Assembly (NCBI GenBank): GCA_964594835.1
Contig: CAZQNA010000004.1
Span: forward strand, 106,450-170,449
DNA: 64,000 bases
Reading direction: 5' to 3'
Source of the DNA: an uncultured Nitrososphaerota archaeon
Lineage (GTDB): Archaea > Korarchaeota > Korarchaeia > Korarchaeales > Korarchaeaceae
Numbering within the stretch: position 1 is the stretch's first letter; each line of letters opens with the position of its first letter. Shown here one piece after another: positions 18,279 through 27,443 of the stretch. The notes under the pieces were generated by a model. It did not search any database. It was not told the origin of the DNA and was given only the letters and a program-made list of their open reading frames with translations. Both the position numbers and the translations under genes were made by a program.

Positions 18279-19991
18279 ATGGTGGAACAGAGCGTAGCAG
18301 GGAGGGTAATCAGGGTAGCAGAGAGAGACATACCCATAGGGGGGCCCTCGCCTCCGATTAGGGAGGGAGAGAAACTTCTGAGGAGGACGCTGTCACTCTG
18401 CCCCGAGTGCTACAGGCTTCTTCCGGCCGTGGTGTTCGAGAGGGACGGCAAGGTATTCATAAGGAGGGTCTGCCCGGAGCACGGGGAGGTCGAGGAGCTC
18501 TACTGGGGGGACGCCGGGTTCTACGAGAGGGCCCTCGGGTTCGAGGCCCCGCCCATGAGGATAGAGCCCATCGTCCCAATGACGGCCCCGTGCCCCTTCA
18601 GCTGCGGGCTCTGCCCGGCCCACGGCGACATGACCGCGCTGGCCAACATAGTCCTCACCAACAGGTGCAACCTCGACTGCTGGTACTGCTTCTTCTACGC
18701 CGAGAGGGCTGGCTTCGTGTACGAGCCCTCGCTTGAGCAGATCAGGCGCATGATCCGCGTACTCAGGAGCGAGAGGCCAGTCCCCGGGCTGGCGGTCCAG
18801 CTGACCGGGGGAGAGCCGACCCTGAGGGACGACCTGGTGGACATAATCAAGATGATCAAGGAGGAGGGCGTCAGGCACATTCAGCTGAACACCCACGGCA
18901 TAACCTTCTTGAAGAGGCCCGAGCTCATGAGGCAGGTCAGGGAGGCCGGGGTCAACACGATGTACCTCAGCTTCGACGGCGTCACGCCGAGGACCAACGT
19001 GAAGAACCACTGGGAGATGCCCTACATCCTCGACATCGCCAGGAAGTCCGGCATGACGAGCATAGTCCTCGTCCCCACCGTGATAAACGGGTTCAACACC
19101 CAGGAACTCGGGGACATAATCAGGTTCGCCGCCCTCAACATAGACGTCATCAGGGGGGTCAACTTCCAGCCCATATCCCTGACGGGCAGGGTCCCCAGGT
19201 CCGAGAGGGAGAGGCTCAGGATCACCATCCCCGACGTCATCAGGCTCATCGAGGAGCAGACCGACGGCCAGATCCCGATGGACTCGTGGTACCCCATCCC
19301 GTTCGTAACGTTCCTAAGCGACCTCGTCGAGGCCCTGACGGGCAAGCCCCAGTTCAGAATGACGAATCACCCCGCCTGCGGGGCCGCGACGTATGCGTTC
19401 CCCGAGTACGAGCGCGTCGACGGAGAGAGGCGGGTGAAGAGGTTCGTCCCGATCACGGACTTCATAGACGTGGAGGGGTTCAGGGAGTACGTCCTGGAGA
19501 AGGTGGAGGAGCTCAGGTCGGGGGCCAACAGGTGGGTCACGCTCCTCAAGATAGCGGCCAACCTCTCTAGGTTCATCGACAGGGAGAGGCAGCCGGAGGG
19601 CATCAACGTCCTCTCCCTGATGAGGCAGGTGCTCATGAGGAGGAACTACGACGCCCTGGCGGAGTTCCACTACAAGTCCCTCTTCCTAGGGATGATGCAC
19701 TTCATGGACCTCTACAACTACGACGTCCAGAGGGTCATGAGGTGCAACATACACTACCTCTCCCCGGACGGCAGGGTCATCCCGTTCTGCACGTTCAACG
19801 TACTCCCCGACCTCTACAGGGACTACGTTCAGAGACAGTACGGCGTCCCACTGGAGGAGTACGCCAAGGCGCACGGGACCGGGGCCATCGGACCCGAGAG
19901 CAAGTACAGGAGGGACGTGAAGAGGCTCGAGTCGGGAGAACCCTACAAGAGGACCTACGCCCCCTTCATGCACCTGTGGAGGGAGTCCTGA
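18279..19991 (+). CDS. tes: tetraether lipid synthase (Tes / GDGT-MAS, MJ0619 family radical SAM)
   Basis: CPEC..CPEHG N-terminal metal site, CPFSCGLC, TNRCNLDCWYCFFYA, HPACG, MHFMDLYNYD..RCNIHY..IPFC. Confidence 0.9.
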   Translation: MVEQSVAGRVIRVAERDIPIGGPSPPIREGEKLLRRTLSLCPECYRLLPAVVFERDGKVFIRRVCPEHGEVEELYWGDAGFYERALGFEAPPMRIEPIVPMTAPCPFSCGLCPAHGDMTALANIVLTNRCNLDCWYCFFYAERAGFVYEPSLEQIRRMIRVLRSERPVPGLAVQLTGGEPTLRDDLVDIIKMIKEEGVRHIQLNTHGITFLKRPELMRQVREAGVNTMYLSFDGVTPRTNVKNHWEMPYILDIARKSGMTSIVLVPTVINGFNTQELGDIIRFAALNIDVIRGVNFQPISLTGRVPRSERERLRITIPDVIRLIEEQTDGQIPMDSWYPIPFVTFLSDLVEALTGKPQFRMTNHPACGAATYAFPEYERVDGERRVKRFVPITDFIDVEGFREYVLEKVEELRSGANRWVTLLKIAANLSRFIDRERQPEGINVLSLMRQVLMRRNYDALAEFHYKSLFLGMMHFMDLYNYDVQRVMRCNIHYLSPDGRVIPFCTFNVLPDLYRDYVQRQYGVPLEEYAKAHGTGAIGPESKYRRDVKRLESGEPYKRTYAPFMHLWRES

Positions 19992-20045
19992 CACCCTCGG
20001 CGGCCTCCACACCCCTCTCTTTCTCTGGACGTCCAAGTCGGGAGC

Positions 20046-21194
20046 GTGGGCGGATTGGGCTCAGGTGAGCGTCGCCAAGTTGCCGTCGTCGGGGCGGGGC
20101 CGGCGGGCGTCGCGGCGGCCAACCTCCTGGCGGAGTCCGGCGCGGACGTCGTCCTCATAACCCGTGAGAGGGAGCCAGGGAGGCCCACGATCTGCGGAGA
20201 GTTTGTTCCCGAGCCCGACTGGGCCAGGTCCATCCTCCCGGAGCACCTCTGGTGGTCGGTCGACTTCACCTACGAGCTCCTGGACCTCCCGAGAACCACC
20301 CTAACGCGCATAGAGACCCTAGAGCTGAGGCTCGGGTCGAGGAGAACCGTCGAACTCGAGTTCCCCTCCAGGGTCCTGGACAGGGCCGAGTCCATAGGGA
20401 CGGCCGCCTCTCGGGCGGGGAGGGCGGGGGCCCAGCTGATGCTTGGGACCACCCTCGTGGACCTATCCGTGGAGGGCGGCGGCGTGGAGGTCCGCCTGAG
20501 GAGGGAGGGGAGGCCCCTCTCCCTCACCGTCGACTGGCTCGTGGCCGCGGACGGGGTTCCCTCCACGGCCGCCAGGTCGGCGGGCCTCCCACCCCACAGG
20601 GAGGTGGCCCTGGCCGTCAACCAGAGGAGGTCAGGGGTGGAGTACCCCGAGGATCGCCTGCTCATGTGGGTCGACTCGAGGGTGGCCCCCGGGGGGTACG
20701 CCTGGATAATCCCGCGGGGGGGCGGCGTGGCGAACGTGGGCCTGGGGTACCCCGTGCCGGGGGGCCGCGGCGCCGGCGAGTACTTCCGCAGGCTCCTGTC
20801 CTCCCTGCCCGAGCTATCGGCATCGTCCCCAGAGGGGGACCTCAGGGGGCGTCTGCTCCCGGTCGCCGGCCTGAGGGGGAGACTGCACGCGGGCCGACTG
20901 ATCCTGGCCGGAGACGCCGCGGGGACCTGCATCCCGTCCAACGGAGGGGGGATAAACACAGCCATGATATCCGGCGCCCTCGCGGCCCAGTCCGTCCTGA
21001 ACCGAGGGGGCGGGTCCGCCTACGAGTCGGCCGTCAGGGCGAGCCTGGGGCCTATCCTGGAGAGGGCGCTGAGGTTCAGGAGGCTGGCGACGTTCCTGAT
21101 GAGGTCAACCCTCCTCTGGGATCTCGTCGGCGTCCTCCTACCCGAGGGGCTCATCAGGTCGGCGGTCACTCTCTCGAGCTGGCCCTCGGGCTGA
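20046..21194 (+). CDS. geranylgeranyl reductase family FAD-dependent oxidoreductase
   Basis: VVGAGPAG, ICGE, AADG, GGYAWIIP, ANVGLG, GDAAG, GGGI. Confidence 0.88.
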   Translation: MGGLGSGERRQVAVVGAGPAGVAAANLLAESGADVVLITREREPGRPTICGEFVPEPDWARSILPEHLWWSVDFTYELLDLPRTTLTRIETLELRLGSRRTVELEFPSRVLDRAESIGTAASRAGRAGAQLMLGTTLVDLSVEGGGVEVRLRREGRPLSLTVDWLVAADGVPSTAARSAGLPPHREVALAVNQRRSGVEYPEDRLLMWVDSRVAPGGYAWIIPRGGGVANVGLGYPVPGGRGAGEYFRRLLSSLPELSASSPEGDLRGRLLPVAGLRGRLHAGRLILAGDAAGTCIPSNGGGINTAMISGALAAQSVLNRGGGSAYESAVRASLGPILERALRFRRLATFLMRSTLLWDLVGVLLPEGLIRSAVTLSSWPSG

Positions 21195-22386
21195 GGTCTC
21201 TCAGCCGGACCCTCGCCCTGCGGGTCGGGCTCCCCCACACCACCAGCACCTCGTCCTCCCGGAGCCTCTTGAGCTCGCGGATGCTCTCGCCGTCCAGCTG
21301 CCTGAGCGACCCCAGGATCTGGGACTGCCAGGAGGCCCTCAGTCCCGGGCACAGCACCAGGACCGGGAAGACGTCCCAGAACCTTGCGTCCGCCGCAGAG
21401 TCCACCGCCAGGACTACCCCCCTACCCGCCAGCCTGGTCAGCAGGTCTCCCACCTCGGCGCGGAGGCGGCGATCCGAGTCCCTGGAGACGCTGGAGGAGA
21501 GGGCCGTCGCCACCAGGAAAGACGGGTGATCCGTCGAGAGGGACTGCATTGCGGCCAGGAGCGCCGCGACCTCCCTCGCGCTGGTTGGCTCGACGCCCGA
21601 CAGGTCCACCAGTAGTGCGCCGAACCTGGGCATCGCGTCGATGACGGAGACCCTGACCCCGCCGGAGAAGCTGCCGGCCAGGACCCTCAGGTCCTGGGGG
21701 GTGGTGAGGTTCCTGGCCAGCGCGTCCAGCGTCCTGTTCCTCAGGGCGGCCTCTATAGAGGAGGCGTTTCCGCCGCACGCGGCAGAGACCAGCCAGGCCG
21801 CCTTGACGTAGTGCTCAGGGGGCGCCGTCGGGCTCATCAGGTCCAGGTCCTCCGGGCCAACCTCGGTGTAGGCGGAGCCCACCTCGTCGAACTCCTCCCT
21901 CGCCACCCCGACGGTGTCCACCACCACGACCCTGAGAGGGAGGGCGGCCGCGGTGGCCGCCAGCCTGAACGCCACCCTGGCCGCCGATCTGATGTCCGGA
22001 CCCACGACGAGGACGGACTCTGGGCCCTTAGGCGGGAGCGGAGGCTGCGCAGAGCCGGTAGTCTCCTCCCCGCTCGAACTCGGACCAGCCCCCGCCGCCC
22101 TCTCAACCCGGGGCCAGAGCCTCAGCCCCGCCGCGGCTCCCAACGCCGATCCCAGCAGGGGAGACAGGAGATAGGCGACGACCGAGCCCAGAGCGAGGCC
22201 AGCCAGGTCCCTAGCCCCCACTCGGCCGAGCCCGCCCGATATCCAGGCAGACGTCACCCAGGCCGCCGAGACTGCCAGAGCGGGAGATATGGCCAGCCTC
22301 ACCGGAGAATAGTGGACCTCAACGCTCGCGACGAACAGAGAGACGCCCAGCGCGGCCGTGACCTTGACGATCCTGCTCGGGCTCAA
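21166..22386 (-). CDS. hypothetical membrane-anchored protein with a degenerate HerA/VirB4-like ATPase region
   Basis: N-terminal hydrophobic helices; SVLVVGP..VVVVDTVG and C-terminal ELKRLREDEVLV resemble HerA-family motifs but there is no GKS/T. Confidence 0.5.
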   Translation of the reverse strand: MSPSRIVKVTAALGVSLFVASVEVHYSPVRLAISPALAVSAAWVTSAWISGGLGRVGARDLAGLALGSVVAYLLSPLLGSALGAAAGLRLWPRVERAAGAGPSSSGEETTGSAQPPLPPKGPESVLVVGPDIRSAARVAFRLAATAAALPLRVVVVDTVGVAREEFDEVGSAYTEVGPEDLDLMSPTAPPEHYVKAAWLVSAACGGNASSIEAALRNRTLDALARNLTTPQDLRVLAGSFSGGVRVSVIDAMPRFGALLVDLSGVEPTSAREVAALLAAMQSLSTDHPSFLVATALSSSVSRDSDRRLRAEVGDLLTRLAGRGVVLAVDSAADARFWDVFPVLVLCPGLRASWQSQILGSLRQLDGESIRELKRLREDEVLVVWGSPTRRARVRLRDLSPRASSRE

Positions 22387-22525
22387 CCCGCCGCACCGCC
22401 TCGCCTTCCTCCCCGCGATGTACAGATTACAAGGCTTGCGGGTGGGCCGGGAGGGACCGATGACTTAATAAGTCGCCCATAAAACGGGCGTGATATAACC
22501 TAAAACCCCGTGAAGGTGAAGGAGC

Positions 22526-22966
22526 ATGATCGCCCAGCCCTGCGAACTCGTCGTGAAGACCCTCATACCGGCGATAAGGGCTATGGTGGCCAGAGAGCTG
22601 GTTTTGAACGCCGGGAAGAAGCAGGTTGAGGCGGCGGAGCTCCTGGGGGTCACCCAGGCCGCCATAAGTCAGTACCTCCGCGGGACCAGGGGGGGTAAGC
22701 TGAGGCTGGATCGGTATCCAGAGGTGACCTCCATAGTGAAGAGGCTCGCCCACGGTCTCGCCGAGGGGAAGCTGGACAAGGACGAGGCCGCGATACTGGT
22801 CTGCGAGGCATGCTACACGGCGAGGAAGCTGGGAGTCTTCTGCGACTCGAACGTCGGGGCGAGGGAGAAGTACGCCGAGACGGCCCAGCTCATATGCAAG
22901 TACGACACCATGAGGCCCCAGCTGCTCAAGAAGGTGGCCTCGGGGGCATCCCTAGACCCGAGCTGA
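22526..22966 (+). CDS. XRE-type HTH transcriptional regulator (COG2522-like)
   Basis: PCE..IPAIRAMVARELV..QVEAAELLGVTQAAISQYLRGTRG. Confidence 0.88.
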   Translation: MIAQPCELVVKTLIPAIRAMVARELVLNAGKKQVEAAELLGVTQAAISQYLRGTRGGKLRLDRYPEVTSIVKRLAHGLAEGKLDKDEAAILVCEACYTARKLGVFCDSNVGAREKYAETAQLICKYDTMRPQLLKKVASGASLDPS

Positions 22967-23110
22967 GGCCTCATCCGCCGGAGAAGGCTCACTCCGCCGG
23001 CCGGGGGAAGCACCACAGGATCGGGCTCCAAGGGACCGGGAGACGGGCCCACACTTCAAAGGGGAGAATATTTTTACGATTGATCTGGGGGCGGCCCCGG
23101 GTGTGACTTC

Positions 23111-24457
23111 TTGGAGGAGGCCCCCAAGATCGTGGTCGAGCCGCCCGGTCCCAAGGCCCGCGAACTCCTCGAGCGCGATCAGCGCGTGATCTCTCCGTCC
23201 TACGTGAGGTTCTATCCCCTCGTGGTCGACCGCGCGAAGGGCGCCCTGATCTACGACGTAGACGGCAACGTGTACATAGACCTGAACTCGGGCCTGGCGG
23301 TCATGAGCGTGGGTCACGGTCACCCAGAGGTCCTCAGGGCGATAAAGGAGCAGGCGGATCGCCTGCTTCACTACTCCAACACCGACTTCTACTACGAGCC
23401 CTCCGTACGGCTGGCTGAGAAGCTGGTGCAGATAACCCCCGGGAACTTCGGGAAGAGGGTGTACTTCGGGAACAGCGGGACCGAGGCCGTCGAGGCCGCC
23501 ATGAAGATGGCCCGCTGGCACACGAAGAGGCAGTACTTCATCGGCTTCATAGGGGCGTTTCACGGGAGGACCCTCGGCTCGCTCAGCCTGACCTCCAGCA
23601 AGCCCGTCCAGAGGGGGAGGTTCTCGCCCCTAATACCTGGGGTCGTGCACGTGCCCTACCCCTACTGCTACAGGTGTCCGTTCAGGCAGCAGTTCCCCGA
23701 CTGCGGCCTCTACTGCGTCGACTTCATCGAGGAGTGGGTCCTGAAGAAGTACGTCCCGCCGGACGAGGTCGCGGCGTTTGTGATCGAACCGATCCAGGGA
23801 GAGGGAGGCTACGTCCCTCCCCCCGAGGGATACTTCGAGAGGCTCAGGAAGCTGGCCGACGAGCACGACATCCTCCTGATATTGGACGAGGTTCAGTCTG
23901 GGACGGGGAGGACTGGAAAGTGGTGGGCGATTGAGCACTGGGGCGTCGTGCCGGACGCGATCACCTCCGCCAAGGCCCTAGGGGGAGGTCTGCCGCTCGG
24001 CGCGCTCATAGCCAGGGAGGACCTCATGGACTGGGTCGGCGGGTCCCACGCGAGCACCTTCGGCGGGAACCCTGTCTCGTGCGCCGCCAGCCTCGCCACG
24101 ATATCCGTCATAGAGCGGGAGAACCTGCTCGAGCGGGTTGCCAGGCTGGGGGAGGAGGTCAAGAAGCGGTTCAGGGACGCGATGAGCGAGCACCCGCTCA
24201 TAGGGGACGTCAGGGGGAAGGGCTTCATGGTGGGAGTTGAGCTGGTCAAGGACAGGGAGACGAAGGAGCCGGCGAAGAAGGAGGCCGCCGAGGTCATGAT
24301 GCGGGCGTGGAAGAGCGGAGTGGCTGTCATCACGGCCGGAGTCAGCACCATAAGGATAGCACCACCGCTCAACATCCCTGAGGACCTCCTCTGGAGGGCC
24401 ATCGACATAATTCTCGACAAGATGGGCGAGGTGGAGCGGGAGAAGGGGCTCTCGTGA
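23111..24457 (+). CDS. class III PLP aminotransferase (acetylornithine/4-aminobutyrate family)
   Basis: NSGTEA, FHGRT, EPIQGEGG, DEVQSG, SAKALGGG, STFGGNP. Confidence 0.93.
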   Translation: MEEAPKIVVEPPGPKARELLERDQRVISPSYVRFYPLVVDRAKGALIYDVDGNVYIDLNSGLAVMSVGHGHPEVLRAIKEQADRLLHYSNTDFYYEPSVRLAEKLVQITPGNFGKRVYFGNSGTEAVEAAMKMARWHTKRQYFIGFIGAFHGRTLGSLSLTSSKPVQRGRFSPLIPGVVHVPYPYCYRCPFRQQFPDCGLYCVDFIEEWVLKKYVPPDEVAAFVIEPIQGEGGYVPPPEGYFERLRKLADEHDILLILDEVQSGTGRTGKWWAIEHWGVVPDAITSAKALGGGLPLGALIAREDLMDWVGGSHASTFGGNPVSCAASLATISVIERENLLERVARLGEEVKKRFRDAMSEHPLIGDVRGKGFMVGVELVKDRETKEPAKKEAAEVMMRAWKSGVAVITAGVSTIRIAPPLNIPEDLLWRAIDIILDKMGEVEREKGLS

Positions 24458-24520
24458 CCCCTCACCTTCATTAAGGCGGGCGTCGAGCGCCCGTCTTTTT
24501 CTTTCAAACCCCCCTCACCA

Positions 24521-24784
24521 TTGGTGTCCCGCATGGGAGGGTGGCCCAGGAGGCTGGCCGCCGCGGTGCTCGTGGCGGCCGCGCTGGGGATCTCCGTCGC
24601 ATCCGCGATCCCCTATCAGGTGGTGGTCGTCTACCTGCCCTACGAGAGGGTCCCCGAGGAGCACGTAGTTCACTGGACGGGCGTCAGTCCACCTCAACCT
24701 CCTCCAGATCCTCCAGCTCCGTCAGAAGTCCCCCAGCTCGCCCCGGGGTTTAGGATCCCGGCGTCCTCGCTCATCCCCCTCTAG
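24521..24784 (+). CDS. small hypothetical secreted/membrane protein with a Pro-rich segment
   Basis: RR plus hydrophobic signal-like N-terminus ending ASA; SPPQPPPDPPAP linker; T-tract downstream. Confidence 0.45.
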   Translation: MVSRMGGWPRRLAAAVLVAAALGISVASAIPYQVVVVYLPYERVPEEHVVHWTGVSPPQPPPDPPAPSEVPQLAPGFRIPASSLIPL

Positions 24785-24897
24785 GCCCGGGTTCACCCCA
24801 ATTTTTTATTTCAGGCCGGGCGTTTGTGAGCTGCCGGGGGAGTTTTCTCCCCTGAAGGACAAATTGGAGGGAGGGAAGGGACGTGGAGGCAAAGTTG

Positions 24898-25098
24898 ATG
24901 TCCGACGACATCTCAGCCCGGCTCAGGGAGAAGGGTTACGTGATCAAGCGGTACCCAACCAAGACGGTAGCCGAGTCCGAGGATGGAAGGGTAGTCGTCT
25001 TCGGCCACGGAGGCTGGGTGCTGATGTCCTACCAGGGGAGGGCCGTGAGCGCCTCCCTCTCGCTGGACAGGGGGAAGCTCGAGGAGGAGGTCCTCTGA
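24898..25098 (+). CDS. small hypothetical protein
   Basis: GGAGG upstream, host-like codon usage, T-tract downstream. Confidence 0.5.
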   Translation: MSDDISARLREKGYVIKRYPTKTVAESEDGRVVVFGHGGWVLMSYQGRAVSASLSLDRGKLEEEVL

Positions 25099-25123
25099 CC
25101 CTCCTCTGACCCTCCTCTGACCC
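25091..25123. repeat. tandem repeat (TCCTCTGACCC)x3
   Basis: three exact 11-bp units at 25091, 25102 and 25113. Confidence 0.9.
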
Positions 25124-25262
25124 ACTCACCTTTCTTTTCAGTTTCGAGCCGAATCACAACCCGTCGGGTCAGGTGGGGCCCTCTCAGCCCGTGGCGGGCG
25201 ATCTTACATGACCACATAATATAAAAGCGGGAGTCTTATGCTTTTGACACGGGGGTGATTGG

Positions 25263-26342
25263 ATGGGAAAGGTCAGGGTTGCCTTGGCGGGCATCGGGAA
25301 CGTCGCGTCCTCGATCGTTCAGGGGGTCTTCTTCTACAGGGATGCCCCGGATGACAGCTTCGTTCCGGGGCTGATGCACGTGAGGTTCGGCCCGTATCAC
25401 GTCTCGGACATAGAGTTCGTGGCGGCCTTCGACGTGGACGAGAGGAAGGTCGGTAAGGACCTGTCGGAGGCGATATTCTCGCCTCCCAACTGCGTGCCCA
25501 AGTTCGCCGACGTTCCCAGGCTGGGGGTCGAGGTCCTCAAGGGGCCCGTGCTGGACGGAGTGGCCCCACACATGAGGGAGTTCAAGTACGGCGAGGGCTT
25601 CAGGGTGAACGACTCCAGGCCCAGCGTCGACGTGGCCGACGTCCTGAAGGAGGTCGGCGCGGACGTGCTCGTGAACCTGGTCCCCGTGGGATCCTACGAG
25701 GCCAGCAGGGCCTACGCCAGGGCGGCGCTGGAGTCGGGCACCGGCTTCGTCAACGGGATACCGGAGTTCATAGTCAGCGACCCCGAGTGGGCCAAGAAGT
25801 TCGAGGAGGCTGGCGTGCCCGCCGCGGGCGACGACTTCAAGAGCCAGCTCGGCGCGACGATCCTCCACAGGGCCATAGTCGACCTGGCCGTGGCCAGGGG
25901 TCTCAAGGTGATCGAGACCTACCAGCTGAACATAGGCGGGAACACGGACTTCCTCAACATGATAGAGGAGGACAGGCTGACCACCAAGAGGATCAGCAAG
26001 ACTCAGGCGGTCACCAGCCTGGTGCCCTACGACGTGAAGGCGAGGATAGGCCCGAGCGACTTCGTCCCATTCCTCGGGGACAGGAAGGTTATGTACGTCT
26101 GGCTGAAGGCGGAGCAGTTCGGGGGCTTTCCGATATACATCGACGTCAAGCTGAGCGTCATGGACTCGCCGAACGCCGCAGGCGTTGCGATTGACGCCAT
26201 CAGGGCCGTGAAGATAGCCAGGGACAGGGGGCTCGCGGGGCCGCTGGTCGGGGTTAGCGCCTACTTCTTCAAGCACCCGCCCGAGCAGTACCCCGACTCG
26301 GTGGCCAGGCAGATGGTCGAGGACTTCATCAGAGGAGGCTGA
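25263..26342 (+). CDS. ino1: myo-inositol-1-phosphate synthase
   Basis: GIGNVASS, GDDFKSQLGAT, YQLNIGGNTDFLN, KRISKT, DSPNAAG. Confidence 0.95.
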   Translation: MGKVRVALAGIGNVASSIVQGVFFYRDAPDDSFVPGLMHVRFGPYHVSDIEFVAAFDVDERKVGKDLSEAIFSPPNCVPKFADVPRLGVEVLKGPVLDGVAPHMREFKYGEGFRVNDSRPSVDVADVLKEVGADVLVNLVPVGSYEASRAYARAALESGTGFVNGIPEFIVSDPEWAKKFEEAGVPAAGDDFKSQLGATILHRAIVDLAVARGLKVIETYQLNIGGNTDFLNMIEEDRLTTKRISKTQAVTSLVPYDVKARIGPSDFVPFLGDRKVMYVWLKAEQFGGFPIYIDVKLSVMDSPNAAGVAIDAIRAVKIARDRGLAGPLVGVSAYFFKHPPEQYPDSVARQMVEDFIRGG

Positions 26343-26438
26343 GCCTCCCACTCCCTTTTTGGAACGATCTTTTCCAACCTCTGGCCCGCCCGGGCCGACG
26401 GGGTGTTAATATATTCGGCTGACCGCTGACAATCCAAC

Positions 26439-27443
26439 ATGCCCCTCAGGGCCAGAGCGTCAGCTCCCTCCCAGGCTTTCCTGCTCGGAGAGCACGCGGT
26501 ACTTTATCGCCAGCCGGCGCTGGCCGCCTCCATAGACGTCAGATCCCGAGCGTCTGCGGAGCTGACCTCCACGCCCCAGGTCATCGAGATAGAGTCCACC
26601 GCCTTCGAGGGCGGGCTCAGGGCCAGGCTGGCCGAGGGGACCTCCCTGGCCGTGGCCAGGGGTCATCCCGCGCTCGAGCCACTTGCCAGGGGACTCGCAC
26701 GCTTTCTCGAGCGTCACGCCCCCGGAGACGTCGGGCTGAGGGTCAGGATAGACTCGGACGTCCCGGTTAACAGCGGGATGGCGAGCTCCGCGAGCGTCTC
26801 GGCGGCCGTCGTGGCCGCCGCCTCGGGCGCGCTGGGGCTGAGCCTCTCGCGCGAGGAGATCCTCGAGGAGACCTACTCTTTCGAGACGATGATCCACGGC
26901 AGGGCCAGCAAGACCGGGCCGGCGTGCGCGGTCTTCGGCGGCATCATATGGATCGAGTGGAGGGACGACGGCATGGTGGTCGAGCCCCTCCCGGAGGTCC
27001 CGGGACTGAGCTTCGTCATGGGCCTGACCGGAGAGCCCAGCAGGACCAGAGAGATGATAGAGAGGGTCTCGAGGCTGGCGGACCTGGTGCCGGGGCCGCA
27101 CGCCAAGATAGTGTCCGCGATAGGGGATCTCGTCCGCTCCGGCAGGGAGGCGCTCGAGTCCGGCGACGCCGAGGCGCTCGGCCGTCTGATGAACGTGAAC
27201 CACGGCCTCCTCGCGGCCCTGGGGGTGTCCACCCCGGAGCTGGACCGCATAGTCTGGGCAGCCAGGTCGGCCGGGGCCCTCGGCAGCAAGCTCTCGGGGG
27301 CAGGGGGAGGGGGGTGCGCCGTCTCCCTGTGCGAGCGCGGCGGGGCCGAGAGGGTGGCCTCCGCCATCGAGGAGAGCGGATACAGGTCCCTCCTGGCCCC
27401 CCTCGCCCGGGATGGAGTTCTGATCGAGGAGGTGAGTTCATGA
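26439..27443 (+). CDS. mvk: mevalonate kinase (GHMP family)
   Basis: ASAP..LLGEHAVLY, PVNSGMASSAS, HGRAS, SKLSGAGGGGC. Confidence 0.85.
   Translation: MPLRARASAPSQAFLLGEHAVLYRQPALAASIDVRSRASAELTSTPQVIEIESTAFEGGLRARLAEGTSLAVARGHPALEPLARGLARFLERHAPGDVGLRVRIDSDVPVNSGMASSASVSAAVVAAASGALGLSLSREEILEETYSFETMIHGRASKTGPACAVFGGIIWIEWRDDGMVVEPLPEVPGLSFVMGLTGEPSRTREMIERVSRLADLVPGPHAKIVSAIGDLVRSGREALESGDAEALGRLMNVNHGLLAALGVSTPELDRIVWAARSAGALGSKLSGAGGGGCAVSLCERGGAERVASAIEESGYRSLLAPLARDGVLIEEVSS

Noticed and set aside
26924-27439. N-terminal extension of ThrRS in the ORF track
   Set aside because: It overlaps mevalonate kinase and has low-complexity R/G composition; the family N-terminus starts at ATG 27440.
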